Part shown: positions 7,161-15,569 of the stretch, one piece after another
How positions within the stretch are numbered: the stretch's first letter is position 1
Layout of the letters: every line of letters begins with the position of its first letter
Source of the DNA: Candidatus Iainarchaeum sp.
GTDB lineage: Archaea > Iainarchaeota > Iainarchaeia > Iainarchaeales > JACQJH01
Assembly (NCBI GenBank): GCA_016205145.1
Contig: JACQJH010000001.1
Location: 510,001-542,000, forward strand
Reading direction: 5' to 3'
DNA length: 32,000 nucleotides
Translations under genes and position numbers: made by a program
Notes under the pieces: generated by a model
The model's database searches: none
Told to the model about the DNA's origin: nothing
What the model saw: the letters and a program-made list of their open reading frames with translations, nothing else

Positions 7161-7568
7161 TTAGACGGTTATTTCGGTTTCAATTTTGCCTTTGCCTTTC
7201 CGTTTTTCCCATTCTTCGATTGCCTTTTGCAGCACGGTTTTCGCGAGCGTCGCGCATTTTATGCGCGTCTGTATGATGCCGCCGAGCATTTCAAAGACGT
7301 CCTTGTCTGAAATCTTTTTCACTTGGGCAAGGCTTTTTCCTTTCACGTGCTCGGTCAGCAGGGAAGCGGATGCCATGCTTATGGCGCAGCCTTTTCCAAA
7401 AAACTTTATGTCCGCGATTTTCCCGTTTTCGATTCTGAGGGTTATCTGCACTCTGTCACCGCAGCTTGGATTGCCGCCGCCGGCCCTGACGTCATAGTCT
7501 TTGAGTTCGCCGTGGTTGACGGGGTTCCTGTAAAGGTCGAGGATGATTTCGGAGTAAAGTTCGCTCAT
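7161..7568 (-). CDS. sufU: SufU/IscU-type Fe-S cluster scaffold/sulfur acceptor
   Basis: 135 aa with the three conserved Cys contexts NPSCGD, GKGCAIS and IKCATL. It overlaps the sufS stop by 4 nt. Confidence 0.85.
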   Translation of the reverse strand: MSELYSEIILDLYRNPVNHGELKDYDVRAGGGNPSCGDRVQITLRIENGKIADIKFFGKGCAISMASASLLTEHVKGKSLAQVKKISDKDVFEMLGGIIQTRIKCATLAKTVLQKAIEEWEKRKGKGKIETEITV

Positions 7569-8815
7569 TTTTCACGCCTTTCGCTTATTTTGAAAACGCG
7601 CTTGACTTCCCTGATTCCGTCAACGAGCGCCTGCACGTCATCCAAATCATTGTAAACGTAAAAGCTCGCCCTGGCAGTGCCGACAATTCCCATTTCATCC
7701 ATCAGCGGCTGGGCGCAGTGGTTGCCGCTCCTTATCGCAATGCCCTTTTCGTCCAGGACAGTTGAAACGTCGTGCGGGTGCACGCCTTTCACGTTGAAGG
7801 AAATTATTCCAAGCTTGTGCCTTGGTTCCGGGCCGTAGATTTCAACGCATGGAATGCGTTCGATTTCTGATGTCGCCTTTTCAAGCAGTTTTTTTTCGTG
7901 CCTTTCAATGCCGTCAAAGCCGATTTTTTCAAGGTAATCTATCGCGGCCGCCAAGCCTATTCCGCCGGAAATGTTCGGCGTTCCGGCTTCGAACTTCCAT
8001 GGCAATGAATTCCACGTGCTTTTTTCGAATGAAACCGTTTTTATCATGTCCCCGCCCGTAAGGAACGGGGGCATGCTTTCAAGCAATTCCTCTTTTCCGG
8101 AAAGCACGCCTATGCCGGTCGGCCCGAGCATTTTGTGGCCGGAAAACGCGCAGAAGTCCGCTCCGGTTTTTTTCACGTCGAGTTTCCTGTGCGGCACAAG
8201 CTGTGCGGCATCGAGAATCGTGGTTGCACCCGCATCCTTTCCCATGCGTGAAAGCCTTTTCACGTCATTGAGGGTTCCAAGCGCGTTTGACGCGCCGGTA
8301 AAAGAAAATATTTTCGGCTTGTGCGAAAGCTTTTCCTCCAGGTCTTTTTCGTCGAGCCTGCCCTCTCGCGTGACGTCAACCCATTCCAGCTTTACGCCTT
8401 TTTCCTTCAATTGCTGCCATGGCACTATGTTGGAATGGTGCTCAAGCTTTGTGATGAGGACGCGGTCGCCTTTTTTGAGCAGCATTTTGGAAAGAGAGTG
8501 GGCCAAAACGTTCAATGATTCGGTTGTGTTGCGCGTGAAGACTATTTCCTTCCAGCTGTTGGCGCCGATGAATTTCGCGGTCTTTTCGTGCGCCTTCTCG
8601 TACAGTTCGGAGCTTTCAAGGCTCAGTTCATATGCTCCGCGATGCACGTTCGCATTCGTGTTCCTGTAATATGCGCTTATCGCGTCGATGACCTGCAAGG
8701 GTTTCTGCGTCGTCGCGGTGTTGTCAAGATAGACAAAGCGGTGGCCGTTGATTTTCCTCTGAAGAATGGGAAAATCTTTCCTGATTTTTTTGACGTCGAG
8801 TGCCATATGATTCAT
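7565..8815 (-). CDS. sufS: Cysteine desulfurase, SufS (class V aminotransferase)
   Basis: 416 aa. It has the PLP-lysine context SGHKMLGPTGIGVL and the active-site RSGNHCAQPL. Confidence 0.92.
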   Translation of the reverse strand: MNHMALDVKKIRKDFPILQRKINGHRFVYLDNTATTQKPLQVIDAISAYYRNTNANVHRGAYELSLESSELYEKAHEKTAKFIGANSWKEIVFTRNTTESLNVLAHSLSKMLLKKGDRVLITKLEHHSNIVPWQQLKEKGVKLEWVDVTREGRLDEKDLEEKLSHKPKIFSFTGASNALGTLNDVKRLSRMGKDAGATTILDAAQLVPHRKLDVKKTGADFCAFSGHKMLGPTGIGVLSGKEELLESMPPFLTGGDMIKTVSFEKSTWNSLPWKFEAGTPNISGGIGLAAAIDYLEKIGFDGIERHEKKLLEKATSEIERIPCVEIYGPEPRHKLGIISFNVKGVHPHDVSTVLDEKGIAIRSGNHCAQPLMDEMGIVGTARASFYVYNDLDDVQALVDGIREVKRVFKISERREK

Positions 8816-8893
8816 CCGCTTTCAAGTGGTTTTAATTTTAATTGGCAGGCCTGCTTTAAAATCCTGCCTTTTTTTCGTCCCGGGTTGTCCGCC

Positions 8894-10018
8894 TTATTTT
8901 GCCGAAATTTTACGTTCAAGCAGGCCGGAAATTTTCCGCCTCGCCTCTTCGTCCGGAATGCCCTGCACTATGCCGTCGAGGAAGCCTTCAACCATTATTT
9001 TCTGCGCAAGTTCCCTGGAAAGCCCCCTGCTCCTGAGGTAGAAAAGCATCTGGTCGCTCAGCCTGCTTGTAGTGGCGCCATGCGATGCCTTCACGTCGTT
9101 GTTGTCTATGACGAGGCTTGGGATGCTGTTTGATTTCACGCCTTTCGACAAATGCAATACCCTGTCCTGCAGGAACGAATCGGTTCCTTTCGCGTCCTTG
9201 TCGATTTTTATGAGGCCCCTGTAAACCGTGCTGGACGTGTCGCGCAAGGCGCCTTTCACCACGATGTCGCTTTTCGTCTGGCGGCCATGGTGCAAAGCAT
9301 CGGTCGTTATGTCGAAGTGCTGGTCCTTGGTTCCGAAAAAAACCGTCTTGTGCGTTCCCGCATGGCTTCCGTCGCCGTTGAAATGCTGTTCCACTTTCAC
9401 GCGCGAAAACTTTCCGCCGATTTCAGCCTGCACCATGTTTGCGACGGCGTTCTTTCCAATCCTGAATTCGCGTGCAATCACGGAAAGCGTTTCATCACCG
9501 AAATTCTGCACCGGATAATAATTCAGCGTTGCGCCTTCGTCCAGCACGAAGACCGCCTTGCAGCCGAAAAAAATCTTTTCGTTTCCGGAAACGAATTCCT
9601 CGGAATAGTCGAGTTTTGCGTCTTTTCCGATTTCAACGACGGTCACGCATGCCGCCGAAGCCTGCGGGGAAAATTTTGCATGCGCTTTCGCCTTTGCGCC
9701 CTTTTCCACTTTAATGCGCATGAACGAGTTTGCGAACGCCTTTATCGCGGCTTCAACTTTGTCCGCTGCATTCCATGCAATTTCCGTCTGTTCAAAAGAG
9801 GCCTGCGCGTTTTCCGCCTTCACTTCCGGCCTGAACGCGGCGGCGAATTCCGCAAGGCCTTCAAAATCGCCTTCGGAGATTTTTGAAAATTTCCATTTTT
9901 CGTCCTTCTGGTCAGGAAACGCCATTTTTTCAAACGCGCTGAACTCCGCCTGCGGATGGCTTGCTTTTTGTTTCGCCTTTTCAAAATTGCGTTTGCTGAA
10001 CAGGGTTTGGAAAGACAT
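8894..10018 (-). CDS. sufD: Fe-S cluster assembly protein SufD
   Basis: 374 aa. It has the SufB/D C-terminal beta-helix and the motif DVKASHGATTSRLSDQMLFYLRSRGL. It sits between sufB and sufS. Confidence 0.85.
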   Translation of the reverse strand: MSFQTLFSKRNFEKAKQKASHPQAEFSAFEKMAFPDQKDEKWKFSKISEGDFEGLAEFAAAFRPEVKAENAQASFEQTEIAWNAADKVEAAIKAFANSFMRIKVEKGAKAKAHAKFSPQASAACVTVVEIGKDAKLDYSEEFVSGNEKIFFGCKAVFVLDEGATLNYYPVQNFGDETLSVIAREFRIGKNAVANMVQAEIGGKFSRVKVEQHFNGDGSHAGTHKTVFFGTKDQHFDITTDALHHGRQTKSDIVVKGALRDTSSTVYRGLIKIDKDAKGTDSFLQDRVLHLSKGVKSNSIPSLVIDNNDVKASHGATTSRLSDQMLFYLRSRGLSRELAQKIMVEGFLDGIVQGIPDEEARRKISGLLERKISAK

Positions 10019-10048
10019 TGCAACCGCCGGCCTGAAAGTTTTTGCCGT

Positions 10049-11485
10049 TCAGCCCACCGAGCCTTCCATTTCAAGGTCGATGAGCCTGTTCAATTCGACC
10101 GCGTACTCAAGGGGCAACTGCCTGATGAACGGGCTGATGAAGCCCTGAACAAGCATCCTTTTGGCTTCCTCTTCGGAAAAGCCGCGGCTTTCCATGTAGA
10201 AAAGTTTTTCCTCGTCGATTTTTGAAACGCTCGCCTCGTGCGAAACGCTTACGTCATCGTTCGCAATCGTCATGTACGGAACCGTGTCGGACGCGCTTTC
10301 CCCGTCGAGTATGAGCGCATCGCACTCGACGTTGCATTTCGAATTGTTTGCATTCGGGCCGATGCTGACGGTGCCCCTGTAAACCGTCCTGCCGCCGTCC
10401 TTGCTGATGGACTTGGAAATGATGTTCGAAAAAGTGTTGGGCGCGAGATGGTATATTTTCGCTCCGGCGTCCTGCTTCTGGCCTTTTCCTGCAAAAGCAA
10501 TGCTCGTAACTTCCCCGCGCGCCCCTTCTTCCATGAGCATTATGCACGGGTATTTCATGGTCACTTTGCTTCCTATGTTGCCGTCCACCCATTCCACGCG
10601 CGCGTTCCGGAAAGCCTTCGCCCTTTTCGTGACAAGGTTGTAAACGTCATTCGACCAGTTCTGTATTGTCGTGTACCTGACGTTGGCGCCTTCCATTGCG
10701 ATTATTTCGACGACCGCGGAATGCAATGCGTCAGTCGAATAAACCGGGGCGGAGCAGCCTTCAATGTAATGCACCGAGCTTCCGGGCTCGGCTATTATGA
10801 GCGTTCTTTCAAACTGGCCGAGGTTTTTTGCATTAATCCTGAAATACGCCTGCAGCGGAATCTCCACCTTCACGTCTTTCGGCACGAAAACGAACGAGCC
10901 GCCGCTCCAGACAGCTGTGTTGAGCGCGGCAAACTTGTTGTCGCCCGTCGGCACGACTGAGCCGAAAAACTTTTTCACAACCCCTTCGTATTCCCTGAGG
11001 CCGGAATCCATGTCAGTGAAAACGACTCCCTTCTCTTCAAGGTCTTTCCTTATTTTGTGGTAAATGACCTCCGAATCGTATTGCGCCCCGACTCCTGCAA
11101 GGAATTTCTGTTCGGCTTGCGGTATTCCAAGCTTGTCGAACGTGTTTTTCATTTCCTCCGGCACGTCCTCCCACCTGTCAAACTGCTTTTCGGCCGGTTT
11201 GCCGTAATAATGCATTGCCTTGAAGTCTATTCCGGACAAGTCTGAACCCCATTTGGGCAGGGGCGTGCCATCGAAGTGTTTAAGGCCGGCGAGCCTTCTT
11301 TCAAGCATCCAAGCAGGCTCGTTTTTCATTTCCGAAATCTGCCTCACGATTTTTTCGTTGAGGCCTTTCGGCGATTTGAATACAAGCTTTTCCTCGTCGT
11401 GGAAACCGTACTTGTATTCGCCTCCGAATTCCTGCTTGAGTTTTGTGTTTTCCATTTCGTTTACTTCCTTTACCATTCCATGCAA
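10049..11485 (-). CDS. sufB: Fe-S cluster assembly protein SufB
   Basis: 478 aa. It has [26 protein letters not shown] and conserved SufB core blocks (HYIEGCSAP). The start among M1/M4/M11 is not resolved. Confidence 0.92.
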   Translation of the reverse strand: MHGMVKEVNEMENTKLKQEFGGEYKYGFHDEEKLVFKSPKGLNEKIVRQISEMKNEPAWMLERRLAGLKHFDGTPLPKWGSDLSGIDFKAMHYYGKPAEKQFDRWEDVPEEMKNTFDKLGIPQAEQKFLAGVGAQYDSEVIYHKIRKDLEEKGVVFTDMDSGLREYEGVVKKFFGSVVPTGDNKFAALNTAVWSGGSFVFVPKDVKVEIPLQAYFRINAKNLGQFERTLIIAEPGSSVHYIEGCSAPVYSTDALHSAVVEIIAMEGANVRYTTIQNWSNDVYNLVTKRAKAFRNARVEWVDGNIGSKVTMKYPCIMLMEEGARGEVTSIAFAGKGQKQDAGAKIYHLAPNTFSNIISKSISKDGGRTVYRGTVSIGPNANNSKCNVECDALILDGESASDTVPYMTIANDDVSVSHEASVSKIDEEKLFYMESRGFSEEEAKRMLVQGFISPFIRQLPLEYAVELNRLIDLEMEGSVG

Positions 11486-11498
11486 GCTTTCATTTTGT

Positions 11499-12269
11499 TC
11501 ATTTAGCTTTTGCCGTAGCGGTTTCCGCTATTATCGGTTCGTATCCTTTTTTGTCAATTTCCAATGCGAGACCGAATTTTCCCGACTTGATTATGCGGCC
11601 ATTGTGCATTACGTGCACGAAATCCGGTTTCACGTGGTTGAGGATCCTTTCATAGTGCGTTATTATGGCAATCGCCCTGTCCCTGCTTCTCAACGCGTTT
11701 ATGCCGTCCGCAACGGATTTGAGCGCGTCCACGTCAAGGCCCGAGTCTATTTCGTCGAGAATGCAGAGCTTGGGCTCCAAAAGCATCATCTGCAGGATTT
11801 CGTTTCTTTTCTTTTCGCCGCCGCTGAAGCCCTCGTTGACGTTTCTCTCGGCAAGGCCTTCGGCGATCCTGAGCTTTTTCGCGTTTTCGTCGAGCACGCC
11901 GCGGAATTCCATGACCCCGATTGGCTCCAGGCCCCTCGATTTCCGGATCTCGTTCATTGCAGTGCGCGCAAACTTCGTCATTTTGACTCCCGTGAGTTCG
12001 CTCGGATACTGGAACGCCAAAAATATTCCGGCTTTCGCCCGCTCATCCGGGCTCATTCCGAGAACGTTTTTGCCTTCAAGCATTGCCTTTCCGGATTCGA
12101 CTTCATAGCTTGGATGGCCCATGAGCACGTTTGCGAGGGTGCTTTTCCCGCTTCCGTTCGGGCCCATGATTGCATGCACAGTGCCTTTCTCAATGGAAAG
12201 GTTCACTCCATTGAGGATGTGCTTGCCTTCCACGCCCGCCTTTAACTCTTTGATTTCCAACAACGGCAT
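11499..12269 (-). CDS. sufC: Fe-S cluster assembly ATPase SufC
   Basis: It has Walker [10 protein letters not shown], the ABC signature FSGGEKKR and Walker [14 protein letters not shown] chose the ATG at 12269 (MPLLEIKEL), which lies 12 nt downstream of the ArsR stop. The longer ORF to 12308 would overlap the ArsR gene. Confidence 0.92.
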   Translation of the reverse strand: MPLLEIKELKAGVEGKHILNGVNLSIEKGTVHAIMGPNGSGKSTLANVLMGHPSYEVESGKAMLEGKNVLGMSPDERAKAGIFLAFQYPSELTGVKMTKFARTAMNEIRKSRGLEPIGVMEFRGVLDENAKKLRIAEGLAERNVNEGFSGGEKKRNEILQMMLLEPKLCILDEIDSGLDVDALKSVADGINALRSRDRAIAIITHYERILNHVKPDFVHVMHNGRIIKSGKFGLALEIDKKGYEPIIAETATAKAK

Positions 12270-12280
12270 TTTTCTTCGCC

Positions 12281-12610
12281 TCAGCACTGTTTGCAGTCGT
12301 TTCCGCAAAAATCCTTGATGTGGCTGTCAAGCAGTTCAAAAAGGTCCTTTTTGCCTTCCTTGTAGCCGGTAAGCAAATCGGACTTCAAAGAATATATGCG
12401 CTGCTTGCCATCGGGTTTGACTTCGACAAAATTGCATCTTTTGAGTATCTGGAGACTGTGGCTGAGCCTGCTTTGCTCTACATTGAGGTTCTTGCAGAGA
12501 ACCTGCACGCTTTTAGGTCTTTCCCCCAGCTCCCTGATGATCTGCAGCCTGAGCTCGTTGCCCAATGTTTCAAGGCAATGGCTGTACGGCTTCACGACAA
12601 ACTCTTTCAT
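12281..12610 (-). CDS. ArsR/SmtB-family wHTH regulator with a C-terminal C-x3-C-x2-C cluster; first gene of the suf operon
   Basis: 109 aa. The LRLQIIRELGERPKSVQVLCKNLNVEQSRLSHSLQILKRCNFV stretch is a typical ArsR HTH. The C-terminus reads FCGNDCKQC, and there is an N-terminal Cys in YSHCLE. Confidence 0.8.
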   Translation of the reverse strand: MKEFVVKPYSHCLETLGNELRLQIIRELGERPKSVQVLCKNLNVEQSRLSHSLQILKRCNFVEVKPDGKQRIYSLKSDLLTGYKEGKKDLFELLDSHIKDFCGNDCKQC

Positions 12611-12662
12611 ATGAAAGATTATTCATATTAGGCTTTTTAAAGTTTGCGGCAGGCGCGGCGTT

Positions 12663-12712
12663 GTGTATAAAGTCGTTTTTGTGTAAATAGTCACTAAACC
12701 GTGTAAAAAGTC
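12663..12712. repeat. Three direct copies of a 12-mer GTGTAWAWAGTC (gtgtataaagtc, gtgtaaatagtc, gtgtaaaaagtc), with starts 18 and 20 nt apart
   Basis: I read them directly at 12663-12674, 12681-12692 and 12701-12712. They lie upstream of the ArsR-suf core promoter (TATA-like box at 12633-12642 on the minus strand). Confidence 0.6.
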
Positions 12713-12728
12713 TTGGCCTTTTATTTGG

Positions 12729-13487
12729 CTATCTTTTGCCTCTGCTTCCGCCTCTTGCGCCGTGCTGTGGGCGTGAGCTTTGAATGGATGCGCGCGCATC
12801 CCTTGCGGGCGCCTTGTACCTGCTGGTTGTGTCGGGCCTGTATCCTGAGTCATTGCGGATTTTAAGGTTTGCCAAAATTGTGGGAAAACTGCTTTTGGTT
12901 TCTCTGATGGTCATGCGTATGTTGGGGTTTCCTTTCATGAACGGCCTTACAGTTTCCAGTATTTCCCGGCCTGCCCCGAGATACGGCCTGGCATTTTGCC
13001 ATGCCCTGTCCCGCACCTGGTTTGGCGTGCCTGAAAGCGCTATGAGTTCGGCGGCCAGAAAAAACTTTAATGGCGGCATGTTGTGTGCTCTGCAGAAACC
13101 GTGGATTTTTGCGACGTCCGGCACGCTGAACCTGCGCTTGTAAACATCCACGCTGCAGAACTCCATGTCGCCGGAATAAGTGTTTGGCCCGGTTGCGGCC
13201 ATTGCGCCTCTAATCTGTTCCTCGTACGGCGGCGCTATGGGTGGTGTGCCGATTGTTCCGGGCGAAGTATGCCATTCCTCTTGCGCTCGTTCGGCCGGCT
13301 CAGCACTTTTTGCCGGCGGTTTTGGTTGGACGGGGCTTTGCGATTGTTCCGGTATATTGCGAAGGAGTAATGCGCCTGTGGTTGCTATGATTGCGGCGCG
13401 GGCGAGTCTTCTGCCGCGCGAGGCACGCACTCGTGCCCGCACTTTTGGCATTCTTTGCAAGCGCTGTGATGGTGTGGGTCTGGCCAT
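12729..13487 (-). CDS. Hypothetical exported protein with a possible twin-arginine signal
   Basis: The ATG at 13487 (MARPTPSQ...) lies 23 nt downstream of the box at 13511-13525. SRGRRLARAAIIATTGALLL resembles an RR-plus-hydrophobic Tat signal. It has a Pro-rich linker and a basic C-terminal tail. No family recognised. Confidence 0.45.
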   Translation of the reverse strand: MARPTPSQRLQRMPKVRARVRASRGRRLARAAIIATTGALLLRNIPEQSQSPVQPKPPAKSAEPAERAQEEWHTSPGTIGTPPIAPPYEEQIRGAMAATGPNTYSGDMEFCSVDVYKRRFSVPDVAKIHGFCRAHNMPPLKFFLAAELIALSGTPNQVRDRAWQNARPYLGAGREILETVRPFMKGNPNIRMTIRETKSSFPTILANLKIRNDSGYRPDTTSRYKAPARDARASIQSSRPQHGARGGSRGKR

Positions 13488-13510
13488 GAGTAGAATAAAC
13501 ACTTACCCCC

Positions 13511-13525
13511 TATAAAAAGTTTTTG
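13511..13525 (-). promoter_or_regulatory. BRE/TATA-like promoter box (minus strand reads CAAAAACTTTTTATA)
   Basis: It uses the same AAAAACTTTTTA core as the boxes at 4138 and 14641. It ends 23 nt upstream of the ATG at 13487. Confidence 0.4.
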
Positions 13526-13549
13526 TGCCGGCTTTTGCCTTGGAATGTT

Positions 13550-13882
13550 TCATCCGTTGATTTTGCCGATTTTTGCCGCGAGAATGAAGTCGTTTTCGTG
13601 CAAGCCGTTGATTTTGTGCGTGTAGTTTGTCAGAGTCACGGTGCGGAATGAGATGAGCATTTCGGAATGATGCCCTTCCTCTTCGCAGATTTTTGCAACA
13701 TTGTTCGCGAATTCCATTGCTTTGGCAAAGCTTTCGAATCTGAATTCTTTGCGGATCTTCGAGGCGTTTTCGATGAGTTCCCAGCCTTCAACCTGTTTCA
13801 GCATTTCAGCTGCCTTGTCCGCGTCCATCGGTGGTATGCCGCCCCGGCATGGAACGCATTTGGCTTGCGATAATTCGGTCAC
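13550..13882 (-). CDS. Pterin-4-alpha-carbinolamine dehydratase (PCD/DCoH family)
   Basis: 110 aa. It shows the typical layout: C-x-P-C near the N-terminus, W.L......I.KEF.F..F..A..F, an EEGHHSEM block (the HHP-type active-site region) and LTNYTHKINGLHENDFILAAKI. GTG start. Confidence 0.85.
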   Translation of the reverse strand: MTELSQAKCVPCRGGIPPMDADKAAEMLKQVEGWELIENASKIRKEFRFESFAKAMEFANNVAKICEEEGHHSEMLISFRTVTLTNYTHKINGLHENDFILAAKIGKING

Positions 13883-13957
13883 AAAATCATCTGCAACAGA
13901 ATGGCTTTCCGGCTTTTTATTTTTTTTGCCATTTTTATGGTTTTGGCAAGGAATAAC

Positions 13958-14620
13958 TTAGAGCCTTCTGTGAAGGTCTCTCTGCTTGCGCGCAACGCCC
14001 CTCGCATGCACCCGTTCCCTGAACTGTTCCTCGGCATTTGAAGTCCTGAATGGCTTCAGCGTGGAAATGGCGTGCGGAACCTCTTCTGTTCTGCCCTTGA
14101 ATATCTCATTTAGGAATTGCTCCAGTCCGAAACCCTTTATTCCTGTTCTTGTCCTTGCTTTGTCTATAAGGTAGAGTCCCCTGTTGCTGAACGACCTTTG
14201 GCCTGAAATGTCGTATATGCTTTCGGGATTGCCTTCTTCGTTTTGGCATGCGATTGTCATGTGAACCCTTCCTTCGTGTGTGGCTTCTTCGGCGCTTGCA
14301 ACAAGCTTGTCGAGGCTGTTTTTCGGCAGGCCCGTGAGGTCCGCGTCGAGCATGACCGTGGCACGTGCATTCAGCCGTATCGCCCTTCTTATCCCTGCAA
14401 AGACCGCTGTTGCCTTTCCTGCATGGCGCGGCAGGTCAATGACTTCGCAGCCCATTGAATTCGCTATTTCGGCCGTCCTGTCGGAGCTTCCGTCGTTTAT
14501 GACGATTATGTGCGCGTCGATTCCGGTTTGCCGGATCAGGCTTATGGCATTGCCGATCTGTTTTTCTTCATTGTAAGCCGGAATCAGGATGACTGTTCCG
14601 GCTTCGGTTATTTCAGGCAT
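13958..14620 (-). CDS. GT-A fold glycosyltransferase (family 2-like, short form)
   Basis: 220 aa. It has ILIPAYNEEKQI, IIVINDGSSDRT and a DAD (DxD) motif in MLDADLTG. Confidence 0.8.
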   Translation of the reverse strand: MPEITEAGTVILIPAYNEEKQIGNAISLIRQTGIDAHIIVINDGSSDRTAEIANSMGCEVIDLPRHAGKATAVFAGIRRAIRLNARATVMLDADLTGLPKNSLDKLVASAEEATHEGRVHMTIACQNEEGNPESIYDISGQRSFSNRGLYLIDKARTRTGIKGFGLEQFLNEIFKGRTEEVPHAISTLKPFRTSNAEEQFRERVHARGVARKQRDLHRRL

Positions 14621-14640
14621 GACAGAATATGCCTTTGTCA

Positions 14641-14655
14641 GTTAAAAAGTTTTTC
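14641..14655 (-). promoter_or_regulatory. BRE/TATA-like promoter box (minus strand reads GAAAAACTTTTTAAC)
   Basis: It ends 20 nt upstream of the ATG at 14620. This 15-mer is identical to the one at 4138-4152. Confidence 0.45.
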
Positions 14656-14693
14656 TCCGGCACGCTGATATTGCCGGTAATGGAAAAGCAGTT

Positions 14694-15548
14694 TTACCTG
14701 TACGCGTCGATGAGCTTTTTCACGTCGATGTCGTTTCCGATTTTTTCCTTTGCCACCGGCCCTTTGATGTAGTTGGCGATGTCGAGATAGGATGGCTTGT
14801 CCTGTTTGTAAATCACGCCGAGCGGTATCTTGTCGGGGAATTCAAGCGCCTTGTCGATTGCCAATGCCATGTTTGTCGGGTCGTGGTCAGGGCCGAGCTT
14901 GTAAGCGCGCTGCTGAACCCACTGGTAAGTGTTAATCTTGTTGTAGGTCACGCATGGCTGCATGCAGTCAATCAATGAAAAGCCCTTGTGGTTTATGGCC
15001 TGTTTCAAAATGTCAGTGAAATGCCTGACGTCTCCCGCGAAGCCTCTTGCAACGAATGTTGCGCCGGACGCGATTGCCAAAAAAATCGGGTTGACGGGTG
15101 TTTCCGGGTTTCCGTGCGGCGTTGAAATCGTTTTCATGCCTTCCGCGCTTGTCGGCGAGGCCTGGCCTTTTGTCAGGCCGTAAATCTGGTTGTCCGCGAC
15201 CATGTAGGTCATGTCGACGTTTCTTCTCATTGAGTGGATGAAGTGGCCCATGCCTATTCCGTAACCGTCTCCGTCGCCGGCGTACATCAAAACAGTCAGC
15301 TCGGGATTTGCGAGCTTCACGCCGGTAGCCACTGGCAGGCTTCTTCCGTGGATGCTGTGAATGCCATAGGTTTGAACGTAATTCGGCAGATGCGAAGCGC
15401 AGCCTATTCCGCTTGCGATTACCACGTTTTCAGGGGGAATGCCAAGCTCGGATATTGCCTGCCTCACGCCCATCAACAGGCCGAAGTCGCCGCAGCCCGG
15501 GCACCAATGGGGCTTTGCTTCGGTTATGAGCTGTTTCAATTCAACCAT
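14694..15548 (-). CDS. 2-oxoacid:ferredoxin oxidoreductase beta subunit (TPP-binding)
   Basis: 284 aa. It has WCPGCGDFG and the TPP motif GDGDGYGIG...DNQIYGLTKGQ. Confidence 0.9.
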   Translation of the reverse strand: MVELKQLITEAKPHWCPGCGDFGLLMGVRQAISELGIPPENVVIASGIGCASHLPNYVQTYGIHSIHGRSLPVATGVKLANPELTVLMYAGDGDGYGIGMGHFIHSMRRNVDMTYMVADNQIYGLTKGQASPTSAEGMKTISTPHGNPETPVNPIFLAIASGATFVARGFAGDVRHFTDILKQAINHKGFSLIDCMQPCVTYNKINTYQWVQQRAYKLGPDHDPTNMALAIDKALEFPDKIPLGVIYKQDKPSYLDIANYIKGPVAKEKIGNDIDVKKLIDAYR

Positions 15549-15569
15549 TTTTCAACACCATAAAAAAAA

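Noticed and set aside
7971-12245. Long plus-strand ORFs (7971-8669, 8588-9133, 9152-9886, 10238-10960, 11220-12245) lying opposite the suf genes
   Set aside because: They are antisense shadow ORFs of strongly recognisable minus-strand genes (SufS/D/B/C). Their translations are low-complexity or Phe/Arg/Ser-rich with no motifs. The same reasoning applies to 18760-19539(-), 24605-25312(-), 27826-28437(-), 29455-30276(-), 30224-30928(-) and 31477-31974(-), which lie opposite the GT2 and ATP synthase genes.
12270-12308. The longer SufC start at 12308
   Set aside because: It would overlap the ArsR-family gene's 3' end by 28 nt and would add a non-conserved basic peptide. The ATG at 12269 gives the canonical MPLLEIK... 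ABC N-terminus.
14657-14677. The hairpin ccggca-N9-tgccgg downstream of the OFOR operon as an intrinsic terminator
   Set aside because: The stem is short (6 bp) with a 9-nt loop. Archaeal termination relies mainly on oligo-T tracts, and this segment also overlaps the next gene's promoter box. The evidence is insufficient.
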